Program-made: the position numbers and the translations under genes
The notes under the pieces: model-generated
What the model was told of the DNA's origin: nothing
Database searches by the model: none
The model's input: the letters and a program-made list of their open reading frames with translations, nothing else
Assembly: GCA_963817955.1 (NCBI GenBank)
Contig: CAWFQK010000002.1
Coordinates: forward strand, 256,001 to 320,000
From: an uncultured Gemmatimonadaceae bacterium
GTDB lineage: Bacteria > Gemmatimonadota > Gemmatimonadetes > Gemmatimonadales > Gemmatimonadaceae
Length of the DNA stretch: 64,000 nt
Direction of reading: 5' to 3'
Part shown: in pieces, positions 19,091 through 27,031 of the stretch
Layout: every line of letters starts with the position of its first letter
How positions within the stretch are numbered: position 1 is the first letter of the stretch

Positions 19091-19600
19091 CTAGGACGCG
19101 GGCAGCGCCGGAAGCGAAGACTGCACTCCGAACGCGTTCCCAAGTCGCGGGTTTTCGCGTGCTTGCTTCAATCCCGTCGTTGCCTCGATGTTCACATCGT
19201 TCATCAGAGCTTGGACATTCAAAGGCGGTAAGTACAATGCACCGTAAAATCCACGACCGCTCAATGCACTGATCGTCTCCCGCGCATAGGGCATGAGAAT
19301 AGACGGCGCGTGGACTTGAACAAATCGCAGAACATCCACGGCCGGACCTTCTCCAACACGCGTGAACACTCCGACGGTCATCACGCGAATTGACTCTGGA
19401 CGCTCGCGCGTCGGCTCGATACCGACTGTGATCGAGACAAGAAATTGTCGATCGTCCATGATCTGCCAATCCCAACCGAAGGTCGCGTGCGCATCGCTGT
19501 TACCACTCAGGAGTTGCTCGCTGTTGCGATGCCCGGTGAAACTCTGCTCCTGCGCAAACACCCTGTCGAGGGTGTAGCCCGACGTAGGCAGTGTGCTCAT
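19091..19600 (-). CDS. SecB-like chaperone of a TAC module
   Basis: C-terminal SecB signature APSILMPYARETISALSGRGFYGALYLPPLNV; ATGA overlap with the antitoxin gene. Confidence 0.85.
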   Translation of the reverse strand: MSTLPTSGYTLDRVFAQEQSFTGHRNSEQLLSGNSDAHATFGWDWQIMDDRQFLVSITVGIEPTRERPESIRVMTVGVFTRVGEGPAVDVLRFVQVHAPSILMPYARETISALSGRGFYGALYLPPLNVQALMNDVNIEATTGLKQARENPRLGNAFGVQSSLPALPAS

Positions 19601-20205
19601 CCGATTGACTCTCTAAAAGTTCTGCTCTCCGACGAAAGGCGCGTCTCCACCTGCTGCATCGTCGAGGCACGCGCCAGATACGGCTGGATCGGTATGACAT
19701 TCGAACTCGCAACCGGCACGCTATACCCGCGCGGATCGCCCAATGGCACCGTATCCGTCGCTGCCTCGCCGGAATAGGCTGGTGGTAGTTCGACGTTATT
19801 GAGACTCGCCAGATACCGCACGGCACCGGGCACTGCGGCTAACACACGGAGTAACGTCCCAGTTGCGGCGTTCGGAATTACCTGGCCCGACTCCCAACGA
19901 ACATCCGTCTTGGGACCGGTGTTCAGGAGTCTTTCAAACTCCGTTTGAGGAAGACCTAGCCGGATCCGCAAATTTCGAATTTCGAACGGCAGTGGCGGCT
20001 CGCCGTTCTGCCGTGCCACCTCTGACGCTTTCCGATCAGTACCTTCCATTTGCCCAGCGAAATAGTACGTCTCGCCGCACTCGCCGCATCGCACAAACTC
20101 ATCCTCGACAATGACACGCCGACGACCGTACGCGATCTCGCGTGGTTCCCGAACGATTGCGGCTTCGCCAGTGCAGATGGAGCAGATCAAATTTTCACTT
20201 GTCAC
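19597..20205 (-). CDS. mqsA: MqsA-family antitoxin (Zn ribbon + HTH) with C-terminal extension
   Basis: CSIC..CGECGETYY zinc ribbon; IRNLRIRLGLPQTEFERLLNTGPKTDVRWESG HTH; ~65-aa low-complexity tail. Confidence 0.88.
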   Translation of the reverse strand: MTSENLICSICTGEAAIVREPREIAYGRRRVIVEDEFVRCGECGETYYFAGQMEGTDRKASEVARQNGEPPLPFEIRNLRIRLGLPQTEFERLLNTGPKTDVRWESGQVIPNAATGTLLRVLAAVPGAVRYLASLNNVELPPAYSGEAATDTVPLGDPRGYSVPVASSNVIPIQPYLARASTMQQVETRLSSESRTFRESIG

Positions 20206-20208
20206 GGC

Positions 20209-20547
20209 TTACTTCCGCTTGAATTGAATGACGACGGCGACTGCGCCGTTCGTGAGCTGGAGCTTGATATAGATGCGCGCTCCGAGGTATCCGATGCGAT
20301 AAACGTCCTGCCACAGCCCCTTCGCAGCTGCGACCGGATTGTCAGCCGGCATCGTTTTATGGAAATGAGTCGCAACGTCCAGCTGAGCGATGCAGTCCCT
20401 TATTTGTGGTTCTGAGAACCCGAGGGTCGAGCGCGCCTCATCGGCTGCAAGTCGAGTAATGACGTATTGCCTCGGGTCACCCGACGCGACCTTCGCCTGG
20501 ATAGTCCGCAAATCATACTTCGGCGCCTGTTTGGGTGAGCTAGCCAT
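20209..20547 (-). CDS. mqsR: MqsR-family mRNA interferase toxin
   Basis: PKYDL..I, FHKTM, WQDVYR, IYIKLQ, VVIQFKRK motifs. Confidence 0.9.
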   Translation of the reverse strand: MASSPKQAPKYDLRTIQAKVASGDPRQYVITRLAADEARSTLGFSEPQIRDCIAQLDVATHFHKTMPADNPVAAAKGLWQDVYRIGYLGARIYIKLQLTNGAVAVVIQFKRK

Positions 20548-20575
20548 TGCCAGTCAATGGTAGCATCGTGCTACC
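20544..20575. promoter_or_regulatory. Two overlapping palindromes at the mqsR start, probable antitoxin operator
   Basis: GGTAGCA-TCG-TGCTACC (20559-20575) and CCATTG-CCAGT-CAATGG (20544-20560). Confidence 0.55.
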
Positions 20576-20864
20576 TATAAGGCAAGCGACATGCCAGAGT
20601 ATCGGAAGGCAGTCGGGCTGGCTTGAGACACGGCGGTTCTTGCGCTCGCCCGAATCCGCTTCGACGCAGGTGGTGTGCAAGGGCGTATTGCCTGCTGTCG
20701 CCGTGCAGCAGCCACCGCTCTTTCACGGCGCGATAGGTTAAGTTTTCAGTTCGTGTTCGACATCGTCGCGCATGGATTCGCACACGGACGCGAGTTCGAG
20801 ACAATACCGTTGCACTGCCCTGCTGCCGCGCAACACATTGTCCTCGCAAAAGTTGCATCGTTCC

Positions 20865-20937
<73 letters not shown>

Positions 20938-21190
20938 TTTGATGTCAGTCGAATTGAGCAAGTCAGAATGGCGGCCGGATCCCTCGTCAAAAGGTCATCG
21001 AGCGCGACGCCATTTGTGGCCGCCGGCACCTTGTCGCCCCGGCGCGCGTTAGGGAAGCCCCACCGCCGGCGTTCGAGATGCCCGGTTGTCGGCGACCACT
21101 ACGACCGCTCCGTGCCAAATTCACGCCGGTGACCTTGCGACGCGGTAGTCCAGTTGCGAGACTCTGGTCCTGACCCGATCCGGACTCAAT

Positions 21191-22777
21191 ATGCGTCTCA
21201 GCCTCGTTGTCGCCTCGCTCGCCGTTCCGTTCGCCGTCGGAGCCCAGGCTTCCCAGCAGTCCAAACCGACACCGGCGCCCGAGGGGTTCGGCGACGCGTT
21301 CAAGGCTCGGCCCTACGGGAAGGGCTCGATCAAGGTCGGGCCGGAAAAGGGAACCGTCGTCGTCGTGGGCGGCGGATCGATGGGCCCGGAGGTCTACAAG
21401 GCGTTCATCGACGCCGCCGGAGGCCCTGACGCGTTGATCCTCGACGTTCCGAACGCCGGCGGCCAGGATTCGGTGTCTCCCAACGTCGGTGCGCCCTGGC
21501 GTAGCAACGGCGCGAAGAACGTCGTCGTCCTGTTCACCAAGGATCGCAAGATCGCCGACAGCGATTCGTTCACCGCGATCATCAAGAAGGCGGGCGGCGT
21601 GTGGTTCGAGGGCGGGCGGCAGTTCCACATCGTCCAGGACTACGGCGGCACCAAGACCGAAAAAGAGATCATGGCACTGGTCGAGCGCGGCGGCGTGGTC
21701 GGCGGTTCGTCAGCCGGCGCGTCGATCCTCGGCGACTTCATGGTCCGCGGCGCCCCGTCGAACGACAACATGACCATGGATTATCCCGGATATGAGCGTG
21801 CGTTCGGATACCTCAGGAACGTAGGCATTGACCAGCACGTCGTCGCCCGCTCGCGTCTGCCCGACCTCGCCGACTCGATCGTGCCGCGATACAAGGACTT
21901 GCTCGCTATCTCCGAGGACGAGGGCACGGCTTGGGTGATCAAGGGCGACACCGCGAGGATCATCGGACGCAACAAGGCGTTCGCCTACAACGCGAAGGAT
22001 TCGAATGATCCCGGTCTTCCGTTCATCACGCTGCACCCGGGCGACAGGTTCAACCTGAACACCCGCAAGGTGATCAGTCGCGCCATCACGCGGTCGCCGG
22101 TGAAGGAGGACTTCATCAAGTCGATGTTCGCGAAGTACGACGACCCCGCTGCGGGCGGCGCGACTGTTCTCGTCGCCCAGAACGGCGAGGTCTTCATCGA
22201 TCACGCCTTTGGTGTCGCGCAGCAGCCGCGATACATGCCAAAGACCACGCTGCCGCAATTCGACCTCGGCGACATGTCCGCTGTGTTCTCCGAGCTCTGC
22301 GCTTCGATGCCGCCGCAGCGCGGCCGTGGCCCGGCGCAGGCGCCCGATTCCACCGCGGCCGGCGCCGCGACCGCCGGCGCGGGGCGAGGGCGAGGGCGCG
22401 GCGGGCCACCGCCGTCCCTGCTCCAGCAGTGCGTGACGCGGATCTCGGCGGGCATTGGCGCGCACCAGACGTCCGCGCTGGATTCGACCCACGTCCAGTC
22501 GAGCGTCGACGAGATGTATCGACTCGCGCTCATGATGAACCTTCAAAACGCTCAGGCCGACCATTGGTCGGCGGTCTCCTCGACCGCCTGGGTGACCAGC
22601 AGCCACGGCGGCGTCACTCGCCACGCGTCGTACGCCACGGCCGATGGCAAGCGCGGCGCGTTCGTGCTCGTACCCGAGAAGCAGATCTCGATCGTCATTC
22701 TCACCAACGACGCTGGTGCTGACGCCAAGGGCATGGCCGAGAAGATCCTCGACCAGGTGCTGGCGAGCCAGAAATAA
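21191..22777 (+). CDS. Secreted cyanophycinase (peptidase S51) with degenerate beta-lactamase-like C-terminal domain
   Basis: Signal peptide; VWFEGGRQ, nucleophile GGSSAGA, IDQH; C-terminal GATVLVAQNGEVF and SIVILTN motifs. Confidence 0.85.
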   Translation: MRLSLVVASLAVPFAVGAQASQQSKPTPAPEGFGDAFKARPYGKGSIKVGPEKGTVVVVGGGSMGPEVYKAFIDAAGGPDALILDVPNAGGQDSVSPNVGAPWRSNGAKNVVVLFTKDRKIADSDSFTAIIKKAGGVWFEGGRQFHIVQDYGGTKTEKEIMALVERGGVVGGSSAGASILGDFMVRGAPSNDNMTMDYPGYERAFGYLRNVGIDQHVVARSRLPDLADSIVPRYKDLLAISEDEGTAWVIKGDTARIIGRNKAFAYNAKDSNDPGLPFITLHPGDRFNLNTRKVISRAITRSPVKEDFIKSMFAKYDDPAAGGATVLVAQNGEVFIDHAFGVAQQPRYMPKTTLPQFDLGDMSAVFSELCASMPPQRGRGPAQAPDSTAAGAATAGAGRGRGRGGPPPSLLQQCVTRISAGIGAHQTSALDSTHVQSSVDEMYRLALMMNLQNAQADHWSAVSSTAWVTSSHGGVTRHASYATADGKRGAFVLVPEKQISIVILTNDAGADAKGMAEKILDQVLASQK

Positions 22778-22917
22778 CGGGTCGGCCTTTATAGTTTTCT
22801 ATTGCTTTGGCGACGTGCACGAAATAGAGATCGGTGCGTACCAGCAACGCCCAGGGTGGCGCCCAATTTCCGACTACCCTTGAGCGCCTCCAATCGGTTG
22901 GCCGGCGGCTTGGTCAG

Positions 22918-23109
22918 ATGACCGAGATCGGCCACCGAGTCTGGCGCTCGGACGACTCATTCGGAACGGCGCTGCACCTCGTTCAACTCGGCGCCACCCC
23001 ACTGGGGGCAAAGCCGCTCAAGGGATTCGGAGGAGCAGGCGTCCGGCGTTTTCGCGTCGCTTCAGAACACCATGCGACCCTGCAAAACAGGGAGGATGGC
23101 CGTGGCTAA
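22918..23109 (+). pseudogene. RelE/ParE (phage Gp49-like) toxin remnant
   Basis: FGTALHLVQLGATPLGAKPLKGFGGAGV matches the Gp49-like N-half; the downstream core is absent. Confidence 0.65.
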
Positions 23110-23479
23110 CCGAATGACGAAGAGGAAGAGCGACCCCACGAGCCGTGGCGAGCAACCCGTCACGCCGAGCAGCGGCAACGTATTCGCCGACCTCGACCTT
23201 CCTGACGCCGACGAGTTGTTGGCAAAGGCCGACCTCGTCCACGCAATCCAACAGCTCGTACACGACAGTAAGTTGTCACAACGTGCGGCCGCGACAGTGC
23301 TCGACGTCGCCCAACCAGACTTGTCCAAGCTATTTCGCGGACGACTGGACGGCTTTTCAATCGAGCGACTCGTTCGAATGCTCAACGCTCTCGATCAAGA
23401 CGTGCGAATTGTGGTGCAACCCAAGCCGCGGTCTCGACGTCGAGGAACCGTGCGGACGCTCTTGCGAAAATCGGCATAA
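23096..23479 (+). CDS. XRE/HTH antitoxin (HigA-like)
   Basis: SSGNVFADLDLPDADELLAKADL, LSQRAAATVLDVAQPDLSKL.RGRLDGFSIERL. Confidence 0.9.
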   Translation: MAVANRMTKRKSDPTSRGEQPVTPSSGNVFADLDLPDADELLAKADLVHAIQQLVHDSKLSQRAAATVLDVAQPDLSKLFRGRLDGFSIERLVRMLNALDQDVRIVVQPKPRSRRRGTVRTLLRKSA

Positions 23480-23499
23480 TCCGAGCCTGCGTCACGCCT

Positions 23500-25971
23500 C
23501 TAACTCGCCCGCATCGCCTCCACCGGAACGATCCGCGTAGCCCCCCGCACCGGCAGCAGCGTCGCCAATAACGCAATTATCACCAGCACAACCGCAGTCC
23601 CACCGAGCACCAACGGATCACTGGGGCTCACCTCGAACAGCTGCGACCGCAACACGCGCGTCGTGGCCAGCGCGAGGGCGACTCCGACTGCCGCGCCCGC
23701 GCCGGACACGACTAACGACTCGCCGATCACCAGCCGCGCAATCGCCCCCGGCTGCGCGCCGAGCGCCATGCGGATGCCGATCTCGCGCCGGCGATGGGTC
23801 ACGAGATACGAGATCACACCGTACGTGCCCACGGCGCTCAACGACAGCGCCAGCGCGGCGGAGATGAGGAGCAGGAGCATGGCGAACGAAGTCTGCGCCA
23901 TCGAGGCGGCAACGATCGCCTCCATCGACTGCACGTCGGCGATTGCTGCTCGCGGTTCGAGCTCGCCGAGAACGCGCCGCACCCGCGACACGACTGCCCC
24001 TTGGCTGAGCGTGGGCGCGCGGACGATCAGGTACATCGCGCGAGACGCCGGCCAGTACTTGGTCCCCGCCGGCGCAACGATGGACACGAACGCCTCTTCA
24101 CTCGGCGGCTTCTCGAGGCCGTTTGCGCGCAGATCGCTCGTAATGCCCGTCACCGCGAACGAAGGGTTCCGTGCATTGAACGGCTTGAGGCCGCGGCCCA
24201 CGGCGCCAGTCGTCGGCCAGAATCGTTTGGCAAAAGCGGCGGTGACCACGGCCGGCGATTCGCCGGCGTCGATCGCGGCCCAGGTCGGCCGTGTTCCGCG
24301 CACGCGCATGCCTAGCGCCTCCAGGTAACCGGGCGTCACGCGCTGCCAGGGCATGCAGGCCGACGCGTGATCAAGATCGTCGGCCCCGTCGGCCACGATG
24401 CTGGAGCACCCCTGGTCGCCCGTGAGCGGCAGGCTCTCACCCGCGCCAGCATGCGCTACCCCGGGGATGGTCCCGACGCGCGTCGTGAGCTCGCGCCACA
24501 ACGCGACCACCTGATCGTCCGTCACCTGTCGCGAATACGGCAGCATGACGAGCATCGATTGCGCGCCGGTAGGCTCGAAACCGGGGTCCACGTGCCGGAG
24601 CCGCGAGAAGCTCTTGGCCAGCAGGAGGCCGGCCGAGAGCAGCACCACGCCTAGCGCCACTTGGGCCAGCACCAGGCCACGGCGAGCGAGCTGCCGCGAC
24701 CGCGTGGCGGTGAGTCCGCGACTGCCCTCGCGGAGCGCGCTCACGTCAACCGTGCGCGCCGCCAGCGGCAGCAGCCCGAAGACGACGCCGAGCGCCAGCG
24801 ACACGACGAGACAGAACGCCGCGCTTCGCCAGTCGAGGGTCACCTCCGCCAGCCGCGGCAGCGACTGCGGCGCGATCCGCAGCAGAAAATGCAACAGCAT
24901 CCAGGCGAGCCCGATCGCCGCGGCGCCCGCAGCCAGAGCGAGTAGCAAGCTCTCGCTCACGTAATGCATGGCGAGCTGGCCGCGGCTGGCGCCGAGCGCG
25001 GCGCGTACGGCCGCCTCCTGCTGTCGCGCCTCGATGCGCACCAGGTAGAGATTGGAGACGTTCGCCGCCGCCACGAGAAGTACCACAGCCACACCGCCGA
25101 ACAGGAGCCAGAGGACGCGCGCGATCGAGTCGCCGAGCACGTAGTCGCGCAGGGCGCTCACGTGCATGGCAAAGCCGCTGCGGTCGAGGAAGGCCTTGGG
25201 GTAGACATTGGGGTATTGCGCGATCATCAACGCCTGCACGCGGTCGATGTCGGCGGCAGCGGCGGCAATCGAAACGCCGGGCTTCAGGAGGCCGACGGCG
25301 TGGTGCGTGTGGTTGTTCTGCGGCGGCGCGTTGGGATCGAGGTAGTTGCGCGTCCAGACGTCGGCGCTCGCATCGAGGATGGCTGCGCCGGGGGCGAGCA
25401 CACCGATGATCTCGAGCGAGTTGTCGCCATAGGGAATACGCGCGCCCAGCGCCCGGTCGTCGCCGCCGAATCGGCGTTGCCAGTATTCATATGAGATGAG
25501 CGCCACGCGCGGGTCGCCGTCAGGATTGCGCTCGTCGGCCACGGTAAAGTACCGGCCACGCGCGAGGCGGATGCCGAGCATGCTGAACGTGTTCGCGCTG
25601 ACGTCGAGCTCCGACACGCGCTCGGCGGGGTGCGCGCCGTCGCCGGGAACGAGCAGGATGTCCCGGTCGTAGAGGAGCAGATCCCGGAGCACCCGGCTAT
25701 TCTGGCGGAAGAAGAAGTACTGGCCCTTGGAGAGTGAATATTCCTCGCCCTGCTTGACCTTGGGCCACAGGGTGCCGAGGTGGACGAGGCGGTCGGCGGT
25801 CGGGTACGGGAGCGGCCGCAGCACCACGCGATCGAGCAGCGTGAAGATGGTGGTCGCGGCGCCGAGCCCCAGCGCGAGCGTGAGAATGGCGATGAACGAG
25901 AACGACGGGGCGCGGCGCAGCGCGCGCGATGCCCGGGACATTTCACGCCGCACCAGATCCAGTAAATCCAC
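23500..25971 (-). CDS. ADOP-family duplicated ABC permease
   Basis: RALRRAPSF, LALGLGAATTIF, AAANVSNL, RRREIGIRMALGA. Confidence 0.92.
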   Translation of the reverse strand: MDLLDLVRREMSRASRALRRAPSFSFIAILTLALGLGAATTIFTLLDRVVLRPLPYPTADRLVHLGTLWPKVKQGEEYSLSKGQYFFFRQNSRVLRDLLLYDRDILLVPGDGAHPAERVSELDVSANTFSMLGIRLARGRYFTVADERNPDGDPRVALISYEYWQRRFGGDDRALGARIPYGDNSLEIIGVLAPGAAILDASADVWTRNYLDPNAPPQNNHTHHAVGLLKPGVSIAAAAADIDRVQALMIAQYPNVYPKAFLDRSGFAMHVSALRDYVLGDSIARVLWLLFGGVAVVLLVAAANVSNLYLVRIEARQQEAAVRAALGASRGQLAMHYVSESLLLALAAGAAAIGLAWMLLHFLLRIAPQSLPRLAEVTLDWRSAAFCLVVSLALGVVFGLLPLAARTVDVSALREGSRGLTATRSRQLARRGLVLAQVALGVVLLSAGLLLAKSFSRLRHVDPGFEPTGAQSMLVMLPYSRQVTDDQVVALWRELTTRVGTIPGVAHAGAGESLPLTGDQGCSSIVADGADDLDHASACMPWQRVTPGYLEALGMRVRGTRPTWAAIDAGESPAVVTAAFAKRFWPTTGAVGRGLKPFNARNPSFAVTGITSDLRANGLEKPPSEEAFVSIVAPAGTKYWPASRAMYLIVRAPTLSQGAVVSRVRRVLGELEPRAAIADVQSMEAIVAASMAQTSFAMLLLLISAALALSLSAVGTYGVISYLVTHRRREIGIRMALGAQPGAIARLVIGESLVVSGAGAAVGVALALATTRVLRSQLFEVSPSDPLVLGGTAVVLVIIALLATLLPVRGATRIVPVEAMRAS

Positions 25972-26110
25972 GGATGCCTCTAGCGTTCAGGGTCGACTCC
26001 ACCTTGGACACGTGCGGCTCAACAATGGTTCGACTTTCAGCGATTCGGCAAGTATGATATATCGGCTTTCGGTCATCAGCGTCAGTTGCTCGGACCACAC
26101 GCATCGCATC

Positions 26111-26572
26111 ATGCCGCTCTTCGATCCATCTCTCTCAACGCGACGCTGGCTCAAGGTCGGCCTTACCGTTGGTGGCGCACTCGCGGGCGCGGCGTTCGGG
26201 CTCGTGCTGACGCGGTTGGGCAAGATTGTCGCGCAAGCACCACCGGCGACGGTCGGCAACTACATCTGGAACGCCACCGTGTTTGGCGTGCTCGCCGGCG
26301 TGATCAGTCCAATCGTCTCTTGGTCGACGCTTCGCCGGGTGCCGTTGTGGCGCACGGTTGTAGAGCCTCTAGCGTACGCCGTTGCCGGTGGCTGTGCGGC
26401 AGTCGTCCTCGGTGTGACCGCGCTAATACTCGTACTCCCACCCGCTGGGCTTGTCCTTGGCTTCGTCCGGCTTCAGCGACGATATCCGCAACGGGACGTG
26501 CTCCCTGCCCTCAACGCTGGCACGATCGGGACAGACTTGGATGCATCTCGACCATCCGGCAACGAACGCTAA
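26111..26572 (+). CDS. Hypothetical membrane protein
   Basis: Three to four hydrophobic segments; no recognised motif. Confidence 0.55.
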   Translation: MPLFDPSLSTRRWLKVGLTVGGALAGAAFGLVLTRLGKIVAQAPPATVGNYIWNATVFGVLAGVISPIVSWSTLRRVPLWRTVVEPLAYAVAGGCAAVVLGVTALILVLPPAGLVLGFVRLQRRYPQRDVLPALNAGTIGTDLDASRPSGNER

Positions 26573-27008
26573 GGACAGTCCATTGCGTCTTCATCCGGTA
26601 GCGCGGCGCCTCCTTCTGCTCTGCAGCACCGCGCTCCTCATCATGCTGGCCTGGGGAGCATTTTCGGGCGCGCTGGGCCAATTCCCGCGCTCCCACACGG
26701 TCGGCCAGCGAGTTGAGACTACGGTGCAACTCGTCTGCGGATTTCTGAGCTTGGCTACCGTGGTCACGTGCTTCTGGTGGCGCCAATGGGATGGTCCGGT
26801 TCGTTGGGCCTGGGCCATCTCGCTCGCGACAGCGGTCGCCCTCTCCTCGCTTGTCTGGGGACCCCCGATGCCGCTTACCGGTCTACTCTTCGCTGTGGGA
26901 ACGCTGCTCGCGGCACTAGCCATCATCTGGGCGTTGCGCACAACGCTCGCACCTATGCCCGTGCGCCATTCGATCGCTCCAGAGCCATTGAACGGGCGGC
27001 CTGGCTAG
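26541..27008 (+). CDS. Hypothetical membrane protein (4 TM; start uncertain)
   Basis: Four hydrophobic segments; no recognised motif. Confidence 0.55.
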   Translation: MHLDHPATNAKDSPLRLHPVARRLLLLCSTALLIMLAWGAFSGALGQFPRSHTVGQRVETTVQLVCGFLSLATVVTCFWWRQWDGPVRWAWAISLATAVALSSLVWGPPMPLTGLLFAVGTLLAALAIIWALRTTLAPMPVRHSIAPEPLNGRPG

Positions 27009-27031
27009 AGATGGACTGGTGAGATGATCAC

